This document shows positions 46,435-55,328 of a DNA stretch of 59,608 bases, one piece after another (within the stretch, counting starts at the first letter, position 1; every line of letters begins with the position of its first letter). Source of the DNA: a virus (lineage: Duplodnaviria > Caudoviricetes). The notes beneath the pieces are model-generated. The model was not told where the DNA came from and did no database searches. It saw only the letters and a list, made by a program, of their open reading frames with translations. The translations under genes and the position numbers were made by a program. The DNA lies in IMG/VR virus record IMGVR_UViG_3300043602_000092, positions 1 through 59,608 of that record; one strand, written 5' to 3'.

Positions 46435-47010
46435 GTGAGTTTCACCGGCAACGTGCTTGCACTCGACCTGGCGACCGTGACCGGGTGGTGCTTCGGCAGA
46501 CCCGGCAAGGTTCCGGTCTTTGGACACACGCGGTTCATCAAGCCGGGTGGATCAAGGGCGGCGGCCTATCGCGCCTTTCGAGAGTGGTTGGAAACCATCT
46601 GCGAGATGCGCAAGGAGAAACCGGACCTGATCGTCTTTGAAAGTCCTGCCATCCCCTCGATTATGGCGGGAAAAACTAACATCGACACAATCAAGTTATT
46701 GATTGGCCTCGCTGAAAATCTGGAAGAGTTCTGCCACGACTATGTGGAATTGCGCGAGGCATCGGTCGGACAGGTGCGGTCGCACTTCATCGGGCAGAAC
46801 CTCAAGGCCGCGATTGCGAAGCCGATGGTGATGGAACGCTGTCAGGCCCTTGGGTGGAATGTGGCCGACTACGACGAGGCGGATGCGTGCGCGCTATGGG
46901 ATTATCAGTGCTGCCATCTGCGGCCCGACCTTGGCGTCAAGTCCACGCCCCTGTTCGCACAGAAAAGGGCGGGACCGAAGCCCCGCCCCTCCAAGGACAC
47001 CCTGTTCTGA
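46435..47010 (+). CDS. RuvC-like Holliday junction resolvase
   Basis: VLALDLATVTGW, IVFE, DEADA. Confidence 0.85.
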   Translation: MSFTGNVLALDLATVTGWCFGRPGKVPVFGHTRFIKPGGSRAAAYRAFREWLETICEMRKEKPDLIVFESPAIPSIMAGKTNIDTIKLLIGLAENLEEFCHDYVELREASVGQVRSHFIGQNLKAAIAKPMVMERCQALGWNVADYDEADACALWDYQCCHLRPDLGVKSTPLFAQKRAGPKPRPSKDTLF

Positions 47011-47011
47011 A

Positions 47012-47992
47012 TTATGCGGCCTCGCGCGCCTCAAGTTGCGCCTGCCGCTTCACCGCCGAGAATGTGCGGCCTTCCTGAATGGTTTCCCAGAGGGAGCAAT
47101 TGTCGAGTGCTTCCTTGGTGACCTTTTTGGCCGTGTCGTTGGCGAACGCGCGATTGTAAACCGTCGCGAGGGCCTTGGCGGCGGTGATCGTAAAGAAGTG
47201 GGTCGTCGGGTAGTCGCCCGTGACCTTGTGGACCTTCTTCGTAATCAGCGTCGGAGAGTTGCTACGCAGAACGCGGAGCAGGATTTCGCGGTCGAGGCCA
47301 CGGCCTGCGACCTCGACTACCATCGCCACGGCATTCAGGAACTTGCCGTCGATGGGCGTTCCGGAGGTTTCGCCACCCTCCGTGTAGTTCGACCATGCCT
47401 GCGCAACCAGCGGCATGGTCTTGGCAATCAACTTGAGGCCGTTCTGATAGTTCGGGGCGAACGCCAGATACATATTGGTGAGGGCACCGACCGCCTTGAG
47501 TGTGCCGGGGCCGCTCACCGCGATGCGATAGGGCAGGGCCGCCTCCGCAATCGCCACCGCCATCGGATCGCCACCGGCAATCATGGCGATGAACGTGTCG
47601 ATGGAGCGCAACTTGTAAGTCTCGCTGTCGAACTCCGCGAACAGGATGGCTTCCTGCTTGCGGGTCAGGCCCTCATGGACGCGGCACTCGATTGTCTCGC
47701 GGCCAGCGAGTTGCGCCATTAACCAGCGACCGCCACCGTCAATCGCGGCATACGATCCGTTCGGGCGCTTGGCGACTTCGATGGGGCGGCACTTCGCATC
47801 ATCGAACATATTGACGCGATCATTCACCCACTTGATGCGCGTCCAAGGATCGCGCTGATAGCCACGGCCCTCGCGGCCATGAGGAGAGCGTTGGCCCTCC
47901 GGGTGTTCATCGGTGCGAACTCCGATGATTTCGCGGTCGGCATCAAGAAAGATTTTCTTGAGCGGAACCATCCTGATGACAGGAACAGTCAT
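47012..47992 (-). CDS. ParB/Srx-like domain protein
   Basis: YQR, PIEV, YAAIDGGGR, EAILF; GGAGG RBS. Confidence 0.7.
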   Translation of the reverse strand: MTVPVIRMVPLKKIFLDADREIIGVRTDEHPEGQRSPHGREGRGYQRDPWTRIKWVNDRVNMFDDAKCRPIEVAKRPNGSYAAIDGGGRWLMAQLAGRETIECRVHEGLTRKQEAILFAEFDSETYKLRSIDTFIAMIAGGDPMAVAIAEAALPYRIAVSGPGTLKAVGALTNMYLAFAPNYQNGLKLIAKTMPLVAQAWSNYTEGGETSGTPIDGKFLNAVAMVVEVAGRGLDREILLRVLRSNSPTLITKKVHKVTGDYPTTHFFTITAAKALATVYNRAFANDTAKKVTKEALDNCSLWETIQEGRTFSAVKRQAQLEAREAA

Positions 47993-48061
47993 ATCATAAC
48001 CTCCAGAAAGCGGCCTGCCGCAATGGCTGGGCCTGTTACGCCAATGTCGGCGCGAGGTGAA

Positions 48062-48102
48062 CGATAAGGCGACCTTGCCAAGTGTCAAGATCGGATGATA
48101 AG
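48062..48102 (+). promoter_or_regulatory. Putative promoter/operator for Mom-like gene 1
   Basis: GATAAGG-CGA-CCTTGCC then TGATAAG downstream, as at 43438. Confidence 0.6.
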
Positions 48103-48110
48103 TGGCGGCG

Positions 48111-48788
48111 ATGACTGAGCAATTATTTCTGAATTTTGCGGTGGATCAGAAACGGGCCACTACCGTGCAACGGATCGAACTCGATCTGGCGAAGCCGTTC
48201 ATCCAGAAGCACCACTACTCACGCAACTGCCCGACCGGACAGAACTGGTTCTTTGGCCTGTTCATCGGCACCGAGCTTTATGCCGTCGCGGCCTATGGCA
48301 TCGGGGCGAACATGGACGGCGGGGCCTCACTCGCGCGGATGACGGGCCTTCCTGTCACGCGGCAGAACCACTGCACGCTCAAGCGCCTATGCCGAAAGGG
48401 CGACAAGGGCCGTTCAATCATTCCGCTGTCGGGCTTTCTCGCGAGGTGCCACCGGATGCTCAAGCGGGAGAACGCGGTGCGCTTCGTGGTGTCGTATGCC
48501 GACCCGTCTGAGAACGGCCAGGTCGTTCCAGCACGACGCACGACTGAGTGGCAGTGCGGCGGCATCTATGCGGCGAGCAATTTCAAGTATTTAGGCAAGG
48601 TGCCTGCCGAGCGTCACTTCAAGGACGAGGCGGGCGGGTTCGTACACCGCCGCGTTCCCTATCGCCTGATGAAGCGGCGGATCGCGGCAGGCGATGCGTG
48701 GACCATGCCTCTGGCGCAGCGCGAGATGGGCCTGACGCCTTGGGTGATGATGCCAAAGGAGCGGTGGTTCCTTGACCTTGGAACCTGA
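48111..48788 (+). CDS. Mom-family (GNAT fold) adenine modification enzyme, copy 1
   Basis: FIQKHHYS, LKRL, VVSYADP, GGIYAASNF. Confidence 0.8.
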   Translation: MTEQLFLNFAVDQKRATTVQRIELDLAKPFIQKHHYSRNCPTGQNWFFGLFIGTELYAVAAYGIGANMDGGASLARMTGLPVTRQNHCTLKRLCRKGDKGRSIIPLSGFLARCHRMLKRENAVRFVVSYADPSENGQVVPARRTTEWQCGGIYAASNFKYLGKVPAERHFKDEAGGFVHRRVPYRLMKRRIAAGDAWTMPLAQREMGLTPWVMMPKERWFLDLGT

Positions 48789-48921
48789 GGATCAACCGAT
48801 TGTGGGTGGGGATCGGTGGGGATGCTACATCTGGGGCAAGCGAATAGGTCAGGATGTGCCCGCTATTTTTTCTGAGCGGGGTCAGGTCTTTCCATCTTGC
48901 CAAAGCACGCGAGTCGGATCA

Positions 48922-49312
48922 GGGTTGAAAAAGGAAAGGGCCACCGGATCGCAAGTCCGATGGCCCTTCAATCCGAAACCTTGATGCGCAAGGCGTTGGA
49001 CCTTTGATGCAAACCTATATCGGATCGCATCTTAGTCAATCCTTTCCAGCCCATCAAGGTTCCGGTTTCTCGCGGGACTGAGGGTTTTCCCTGTCCGGAC
49101 GCGCGTCCCCAACATCCGGACAAGAGGCGGTGCGCACCGCGCTCTAGTTCCCCTCCACGTCAAGTTCTGCCAACCGGCCTGCTCGCCGGATCGCGGACGC
49201 CTGCCCGAATTGGGATGGCGATTGAACGGGGTAAGGGGGACTAGAGCCTGCTTCGGTTCATGGGGAAGATATTAAGAAAGAGAACCACTTAACAGTCTCT
49301 CAGTAGGAGAGA
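48922..49312 (+). ncRNA. Structured non-coding region upstream of the primase (leader RNA or origin)
   Basis: At least five long inverted-repeat pairs; no credible ORF. Confidence 0.5.
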
Positions 49313-49326
49313 GGGAACCCCGAAAA

Positions 49327-50280
49327 ATGAAAACACCGACCATCGAGGCATCGCATAAGCGGTGGCGGGAAATCCTCCCGGCCTTGGGGGTGGCGTCGGT
49401 GATCCTGAATGGCAAACACCAACCCTGCCCCGCCTGCGGTGGCGTTGATCGGTTCCGCTTCACCGATGTCAGGGGCGACGGGGATTATTTCTGCAGCGGA
49501 TGCGGTGCGGGCAAGGGATTGAAGCTCCTGCAACTGGTCAGAGGCTGGGACTTCGCCAAGGCGGCGAGCGAAGTGGACCGCATCATCGGAAATCTTCCTG
49601 AACCGAAAGCGGTTGCCGCGAGGAAGGTCGCGAGTGTGGCGGAATTGAACGCCCTCTGGCTTGAGGCAAGTCCCGTCAACGACGACGATCCGGTGGGCCT
49701 GTATCTGCGCAATCGCGGTCTTAGTCTGCATCGGTCCCTGAAATATCATCCTCGCCTGCTGCATTATCCGACCAGGACCCACCATGCTGGAATGCTGGCG
49801 CGATTGATCGACGCGAATGGCAAACCGAAGCAACTCCACCGCACCTATCTCACCGAAGATGGCCGCAAGGCCAACGTCACGCCGGTTCGCATGTTCATGC
49901 CGGGTGATCTGCCGATGGGTGGCGCGATCCGCTTCGGTGCGGCGGCGGGATACATGGGGATTGCCGAGGGCATCGAAACCGCACTGTCGGTGACGCACCT
50001 GTTCAAGAAGCCCTGCTGGGCGACGACATCCGCCGGGATGCTTGAGGCATGGGTGCCGCCGCCAGAGGCGATGGTCATCACGATCTTTGCCGATGCCGAC
50101 AAGTCCTACACGGGGCAGGCGTCGGCCTTCAAACTTGCAAAGCGATTGGTGTTCGAAGCGCAGCGCGATGGCATCGCGCGAACGGTGGACGTGCGCCTGC
50201 CGCCGTTGGGTCAGGATTGGAACGATGTGCATTGCGAGCGCGAGGACGACTTGAGAAAGGCAAGGGACAATGCGGTTTGA
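49327..50280 (+). CDS. DNA primase (Zn-finger plus Toprim)
   Basis: HQPCPACGGVDRFRF, LHRTYL, IAEGIETALS, IFADAD. Confidence 0.9.
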   Translation: MKTPTIEASHKRWREILPALGVASVILNGKHQPCPACGGVDRFRFTDVRGDGDYFCSGCGAGKGLKLLQLVRGWDFAKAASEVDRIIGNLPEPKAVAARKVASVAELNALWLEASPVNDDDPVGLYLRNRGLSLHRSLKYHPRLLHYPTRTHHAGMLARLIDANGKPKQLHRTYLTEDGRKANVTPVRMFMPGDLPMGGAIRFGAAAGYMGIAEGIETALSVTHLFKKPCWATTSAGMLEAWVPPPEAMVITIFADADKSYTGQASAFKLAKRLVFEAQRDGIARTVDVRLPPLGQDWNDVHCEREDDLRKARDNAV

Positions 50281-50542
50281 AGCAAAGCAAACGCCGCTGC
50301 CGGATTATCGGACATGGGGAGCGTCGAGCGGCGGCTATCACTTCGTCATCGGCTACGACGACGAGGACCATGATGATCCTGAGTGGACCGGATACATCGC
50401 GAGTTGGAAAAGCGAAGCGGAAGTCATGATGCCGTTCAACACGGCACCTGCGCACATCATCGAAGGCGGGCCTTTCAAGCGGTTCATTGATGCGGAGCGG
50501 GCCTGCGAGCAGATGTTGAAAAAATTGAAGGCGAAGCACTGA
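50270..50542 (+). CDS. Hypothetical protein
   Basis: ORF within the operon. Confidence 0.6.
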   Translation: MRFEAKQTPLPDYRTWGASSGGYHFVIGYDDEDHDDPEWTGYIASWKSEAEVMMPFNTAPAHIIEGGPFKRFIDAERACEQMLKKLKAKH

Positions 50543-50553
50543 AAGGAAAGGCA

Positions 50554-50778
50554 ATGCCCAGATCGGAATATGACCAATACATGGACAGTCTTGCGGCGGC
50601 GATCAGTGAGACAGTGGATGGCGCGCGGGTGATGGACGTGGCGATGGCCTGCGTGATGGTGGCGGCACACGCGCTGAATGGCCTTGACGAAGGGCCGGGT
50701 CGCGACGCGGCGGTGAAGTTGGCCCACGAAATCATCGACAGAGTGTCAGGAGGCGACAATGCGATCACTACGCACTGA
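50554..50778 (+). CDS. Hypothetical protein
   Basis: AAGGA RBS; within the operon. Confidence 0.6.
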   Translation: MPRSEYDQYMDSLAAAISETVDGARVMDVAMACVMVAAHALNGLDEGPGRDAAVKLAHEIIDRVSGGDNAITTH

Positions 50779-52264
50779 TCAGACGGATGCACTTGAGGCC
50801 CTGCGCAGCGCAGTGGGGAACGGCGAGCGGCGGATATGTATGCAGGCACCGACCGGGTTCGGAAAGACGGTGCTGGCGTCGGCCATCGTGAACAATGCGC
50901 GTGAGCGCCGGAAAAAGGTTCTGTACACGGTGCCAACGATTGGCCTCGTCGATCAGACCGTCGAGATGTTCTACAGCCAGAAAATTTACGACATCGGTGT
51001 CATTCAGGCGAACCACAACATGACCGATTGGTCGCAGCCGGTGCAGATTGCATCGGTGCAGACATTGTCGAAGCGCGAGACGATGCCGGATGCGGACCTG
51101 GTGATGGTGGACGAATGCCACAAGTGGTTCTCGTTCTATGAACGCTGGATGTCGAAAGACAAAATGCCTGAGTGGGGCGACATTCCCTTTATCGGATTAT
51201 CGGCCACGCCTTGGACCAAGGGGTTGGGATCGTGGTTCACGCACTTTCATCGCGCCTCGACCACGCAGCAGATGATTGATGACGGGCACCTGTCGCGCTT
51301 CAGGGTCTATGCGCCGACGCATCCTGATCTGTCCGAGGTCAAGACCTTGGCGGGCGACTACCATGAGGGGCAACTGTCCAAGGCGATGCAGCAGGGATCG
51401 CTGGTTGCCGATGCGGTCGAGACATGGCAGCGGCTATGGGGCAAGGACAAGACCCTTTGCTATGCGGTGGACCGCGCCCACGCCAAGCATCTGCAGCAAC
51501 AATTCGAGGCGGCGGGTGTGCCATGCGGCTATCAGGACGCCTTCACCAAGGACAACGAACGCGCGGCGCTCAAGCGCGACTTCCATAGCGGGGCGATCAA
51601 GGTGGTGTGCAATGTAGGCACGCTGACCGTGGGGATTGATTGGGATGTGCGCTGCATCAGTATGTGCAGGCCGACAAAGTCCGACATGCTATTCGTCCAG
51701 ATCGTCGGTCGCGGCCTGAGGACGGCGGATGGCAAAGACGAGTGCCTGATCCTCGATCATTCCGACAACCACACGCGGCTGGGCTTCGTCACCGACATCG
51801 ACGCCAGCTATACCGGGTTGCATGTAGGCAGGACGCCCGACCACTCCAACCGTGGGACGGCGATCAGGCTTCCCAAGGAATGCCCGAAGTGCGCCTATCT
51901 CAAACCGCCCAAGTTGGCCCTTTGCCCTGCGTGCGGCTTCAAGGCCGAGGTGCAGAGCAGCGTGAAGCCAGATGCCGGGGAACTGCGTGAACTGCATCCC
52001 AAGCCGAAGGTGGACAAGAAAAAGTTCGCCGGGGCACCGACCACGCAAGAGGAAAAGACGATCTTCTTTGCGGAACTCAAGGGCTATGCCCACGCGCGCG
52101 GATACAAGGACGGCTGGGCCGCGAACCAGTATCGCGAGTGCGTCGGGACGTGGCCTGCGCATGACATGAAGCATGTTCGCCCGGTTTATCCGGGTGCCAG
52201 CACCATGAGTTGGATCAAGTCGCGCCTGATCGCCTATGCCAAGAGCAGGGAAGTTCGGGTGTGA
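50759..52264 (+). CDS. SF2 DEAD/DEAH helicase with C-terminal Zn ribbon
   Basis: APTGFGKT, DECH, LSATP, QIVGRGLR, CPKC/CPAC. Confidence 0.93.
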   Translation: MRSLRTDQTDALEALRSAVGNGERRICMQAPTGFGKTVLASAIVNNARERRKKVLYTVPTIGLVDQTVEMFYSQKIYDIGVIQANHNMTDWSQPVQIASVQTLSKRETMPDADLVMVDECHKWFSFYERWMSKDKMPEWGDIPFIGLSATPWTKGLGSWFTHFHRASTTQQMIDDGHLSRFRVYAPTHPDLSEVKTLAGDYHEGQLSKAMQQGSLVADAVETWQRLWGKDKTLCYAVDRAHAKHLQQQFEAAGVPCGYQDAFTKDNERAALKRDFHSGAIKVVCNVGTLTVGIDWDVRCISMCRPTKSDMLFVQIVGRGLRTADGKDECLILDHSDNHTRLGFVTDIDASYTGLHVGRTPDHSNRGTAIRLPKECPKCAYLKPPKLALCPACGFKAEVQSSVKPDAGELRELHPKPKVDKKKFAGAPTTQEEKTIFFAELKGYAHARGYKDGWAANQYRECVGTWPAHDMKHVRPVYPGASTMSWIKSRLIAYAKSREVRV

Positions 52265-52422
52265 CCTATATCGACAACACGGAACTGGAAGTTCGCGCGC
52301 GTCGGATTGCTGCAATCAAGATGGGCCTTATCAAAGACCCAGAAGGGAAAAAGCTGCCTGACGACCTGTGGCGGCAGTGCTTGGCCGATGCGATGGCAGA
52401 GGCACGCCGTGAACGTCCTTGA
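52261..52422 (+). CDS. Hypothetical protein
   Basis: GTGA overlap with the helicase stop. Confidence 0.5.
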   Translation: MTYIDNTELEVRARRIAAIKMGLIKDPEGKKLPDDLWRQCLADAMAEARRERP

Positions 52423-53179
52423 CCTATTCTCAGGCATCGGTGGTTTTTCCCTTGGCCTTGAACGGGCAGGGATGCGAACAATCGCATTCTGTGAGAATGA
52501 TCCGCGCGCCAGATCGGTGCTGACCAAGCGATGGCCTGATGTCCCAATCCACGATGATGTCACCACCCTCGACGCCACCGGGATCGACGCCCAAGTCATC
52601 TGCGGTGGTTTCCCTTGCCAAGATGTTAGCATTGCAGGAGCAGTCAGCATCGAAGGCGGAAGCACCGGCCTTTCCGGCGAACGTAGTGGCCTCTGGCGGG
52701 AATATCTTAGAACCATTCGCGTGGTACGACCGCAGTTCGCAATCGTGGAGAACGTGGCAGCGTTGCTTCATCGAGGGGTGGGCGACCTTCTCAGGGGATT
52801 GGCCGAGAACGGCTATGATGCGGAGTGGCATTGCATACGGGCCTCCGACCTGGGTGCTGCGCACGAACGGGACCGCATCTGGATTATTGCCTACCCTGTC
52901 GGCTCGCGAAGGGAAGGACTGGTCTCGCGCGCGGATTTTATCGGGGCTGGACCGTGGGGATGGCGTGGCGAAGAAGATATGCGCGCAGTCTGCGACTATC
53001 CATTCGAGCGAGGTGATCGTTGGCCTCAACCCCTGCTTCGGAGAGTGGATGATGGACTATCCGGTCGGGTGGACCGACTGCATCTGATCGGGAACGCAAT
53101 CGTGCCCAAGATCGCGGAGATAATCGGGCACGCAATCATGAGGGCAGGCAATGGCGGAAATCAGACGGTTGGAGTGTGA
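52409..53179 (+). CDS. C5 cytosine DNA methyltransferase, alpha-type polypeptide
   Basis: DLFSGIGG, GFPCQ, ENV, HERDRIW, GNAIVP; motif IX not found. Confidence 0.9.
   Translation: MNVLDLFSGIGGFSLGLERAGMRTIAFCENDPRARSVLTKRWPDVPIHDDVTTLDATGIDAQVICGGFPCQDVSIAGAVSIEGGSTGLSGERSGLWREYLRTIRVVRPQFAIVENVAALLHRGVGDLLRGLAENGYDAEWHCIRASDLGAAHERDRIWIIAYPVGSRREGLVSRADFIGAGPWGWRGEEDMRAVCDYPFERGDRWPQPLLRRVDDGLSGRVDRLHLIGNAIVPKIAEIIGHAIMRAGNGGNQTVGV
52539..53087 (+). CDS. Nested +1-frame ORF, methyltransferase beta-type polypeptide (TRD plus motif IX)
   Basis: Ends LNPCFGEWMMDYPVGWT, a motif IX-like string. Confidence 0.7.
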   Translation: MSQSTMMSPPSTPPGSTPKSSAVVSLAKMLALQEQSASKAEAPAFPANVVASGGNILEPFAWYDRSSQSWRTWQRCFIEGWATFSGDWPRTAMMRSGIAYGPPTWVLRTNGTASGLLPTLSAREGKDWSRARILSGLDRGDGVAKKICAQSATIHSSEVIVGLNPCFGEWMMDYPVGWTDCI

Positions 53180-53411
53180 CGCGCCGGTCCATTGGCCCGA
53201 GGCCCTCGTCAAACTGATCGACGCGCTGCACGATTTCATTCAGGCCGACACCGAGGTCGCCAACGACCTGTTGCGGGATGGCAGCATCACCCGCGAGCAG
53301 TATGAGTTCGGCATGAGGGATGTTCGGGCACTTGAGGTGGTGGCGAAGGCATTGGAACTGCACGGCCCCGACCCCAGCCTGCACGGACTATTGTTGGACA
53401 AAAGGAAATGA
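53151..53411 (+). CDS. Hypothetical protein
   Basis: ORF within the operon. Confidence 0.6.
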   Translation: MAEIRRLECDAPVHWPEALVKLIDALHDFIQADTEVANDLLRDGSITREQYEFGMRDVRALEVVAKALELHGPDPSLHGLLLDKRK

Positions 53412-53441
53412 TAAGGTAATGATAAGGCATCGGAGCAAGCG

Positions 53442-53747
53442 ATGGAGTGGGATGTGAGTGAGATTGTAACGGCACGGCGGCTATTGGCCGAGGCGCAGTT
53501 GAAGCGGGCCGAAGCGATGGCCTTGCAGCGTGAGGCGGACGCACTGACCAAGCAGGCCGTGCGCCTGATGGTTCGCAAGTCGCCCACTCGCAAGGCGGTG
53601 CGCGTCAAGGTTCCAATCACCGACGATATGCGGGCGGAAATCATGCGGCTGTCGAAGGACAAGCGCCTGACCATGCACGACATCGGGATCAAGGTCGGCC
53701 TCAGGAATGGTGGCCGTGTGTCCGAGGTCTTGGACGGCCAGCGATGA
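53442..53747 (+). CDS. HTH-containing protein
   Basis: TMHDIGIKVG..GRVSEVLDG; GGAGCAAG RBS. Confidence 0.7.
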   Translation: MEWDVSEIVTARRLLAEAQLKRAEAMALQREADALTKQAVRLMVRKSPTRKAVRVKVPITDDMRAEIMRLSKDKRLTMHDIGIKVGLRNGGRVSEVLDGQR

Positions 53748-54034
53748 GCGATGACGCTGCATACAACGTTGCATATGATCACGGTTTCCGCGCTGGCACT
53801 GCCCGCATCGAGCAACTTGAAGAGAGGATGCGGGGAGCAGACGCACTTATTTTTCTCTGGGAAACCAGAGCGACAAGAGCCGAAGCCCGCGTCGAGCAAC
53901 TGGAAGCGGGGCTGCGAGAGATTGACGAAGCCATTCTTGCCGAGCGCGAGGCTTGCGCCGCCATCGCCGCCAAACGCCCCCATCATAGCGGCATCGAGAT
54001 AGCTGAACTTATCCATAACCAGAGGGACGCATGA
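53744..54034 (+). CDS. Hypothetical coiled-coil protein
   Basis: ARIEQLE, AEREACAAIA; ATGA couplings. Confidence 0.65.
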   Translation: MSDDAAYNVAYDHGFRAGTARIEQLEERMRGADALIFLWETRATRAEARVEQLEAGLREIDEAILAEREACAAIAAKRPHHSGIEIAELIHNQRDA

Positions 54035-54282
54035 CCGACGCCGACATCCTCAGGGCCAAGGTGGTGGAGTGGATCAGTCAGGGCGACCTGACACCGGAAC
54101 TCGACATTGATCAGGCGGTGGCTGTGCTGATCGGGGCGTTCGAACGATCAAAGGCCCAGATCGCCTCACCTATCCCGGCGGAACAGTGGGCGGAAATATT
54201 CCACAAGGTGATGATGGATCAGGACAATCAGTTGCGCTTCACCTATCTCAAGGGCACCTATCGGGCGAGGACGCTGAATTGA
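54031..54282 (+). CDS. Hypothetical protein
   Basis: ATGA coupling. Confidence 0.6.
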   Translation: MTDADILRAKVVEWISQGDLTPELDIDQAVAVLIGAFERSKAQIASPIPAEQWAEIFHKVMMDQDNQLRFTYLKGTYRARTLN

Positions 54283-54482
54283 CCGCTATCGAGAAGATCA
54301 TGGAACAGTTGGCGTGGCGTGGCCCATCTGGGAAGGTGCAGGGGCATATCATCATCACCCGCGAACATGCCGAGGAAATCATCGAGATGGTTGCTGCTGG
54401 CGCGGGCCGATATTGGGAAGGCCGCTGGCGCGACGAGGCGAAAGAGAACGACCGCCTGCGTGCAGGGAGATGGGCGAAATGA
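54279..54482 (+). CDS. Hypothetical protein
   Basis: TTGA and ATGA couplings. Confidence 0.5.
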   Translation: MTAIEKIMEQLAWRGPSGKVQGHIIITREHAEEIIEMVAAGAGRYWEGRWRDEAKENDRLRAGRWAK

Positions 54483-54700
54483 TCAAACTGGACGAGCAGA
54501 TTGCGGAATTGAAGCGCGAGTTGGCCCAGCGCGAGAGGGTCTATGCGCGCCTGATCGCGGCAGGAAAGCTCAAGGCATCGGTGGCGCAATATCAGGTCGC
54601 ATGTCTTGAGGCGGCCCTGATCACCGTGGCGCGGGTGAAGTCGCTCGACATCGCCCTCACCGAAATGATCCCCGATGCCAAGCCGAGGCAGATGCAATGA
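54479..54700 (+). CDS. Small phage protein
   Basis: EQIAELKRELAQRERVYARLI..GK. Confidence 0.7.
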   Translation: MIKLDEQIAELKRELAQRERVYARLIAAGKLKASVAQYQVACLEAALITVARVKSLDIALTEMIPDAKPRQMQ

Positions 54701-54891
54701 GTGCGCAGGGCATAAGCTGGTTGATGGACGGGGTGGTCGCAAGCTGGCGCAAGGTCTGGCGCGATGACTGCAAAGCGAAATGCCGCATCGTTCCGTTCGG
54801 CAAGTGGTGCCTGATGCCCTTGGTCGATGGCGATCCCGACAGCAGTCCGTTTGAAATCGCGAACGTCTACACCGAGGACACGTTCCGGTGA
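54697..54891 (+). CDS. Hypothetical protein
   Basis: Coupled ORF. Confidence 0.55.
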   Translation: MSAQGISWLMDGVVASWRKVWRDDCKAKCRIVPFGKWCLMPLVDGDPDSSPFEIANVYTEDTFR

Positions 54892-55220
54892 GTGAGTGGA
54901 CAATCCATCATGCGCCGCGATACCGCCACCGCACATTCGCTGAAGGCAAGGCCGAGCGGATCAAGGATAGAACGCCGATGAAGCAGATGAGCGAAGAAGG
55001 TCTATCCAGCGTGAACTACGACGCCGAAACCAAGGCGGTGACGTTCGTCTATGACGACGACGCCAGGTTCGACGTGGCCGCGTGCATTGCCTACGCCTTC
55101 GACATCACCGATGGGCAGACCGACCGGGTGACAATCTACCGTGGGGACCAGATGGCGCACCGCTATCGCCTCACCGGAACCGGATCGTGGTCGGATGCGG
55201 TGAGTGGCAATGCGGTATAA
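54888..55220 (+). CDS. Hypothetical protein
   Basis: Coupled ORF; start uncertain. Confidence 0.55.
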   Translation: MSEWTIHHAPRYRHRTFAEGKAERIKDRTPMKQMSEEGLSSVNYDAETKAVTFVYDDDARFDVAACIAYAFDITDGQTDRVTIYRGDQMAHRYRLTGTGSWSDAVSGNAV

Positions 55221-55328
55221 AGTTCCGGTTCGGTCCCTGCCCCGCTGTTCTGCTTGCTCCAGCACATGGGTCAAACCGAGAGGGGTGGCGGTTGTGACGC
55301 GACCGCCACCCCCGCATCGGAGGGCCTG

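Noticed and set aside
47012-47992. Plasmid partition system
   Set aside because: No ParA or recognisable parS; both ParB-like genes sit beside modification genes.
48789-48900. Second tRNA-like element after Mom copy 1
   Set aside because: A TCCA occurs at 48891-48894, but I found no matching acceptor stem or anticodon arm.
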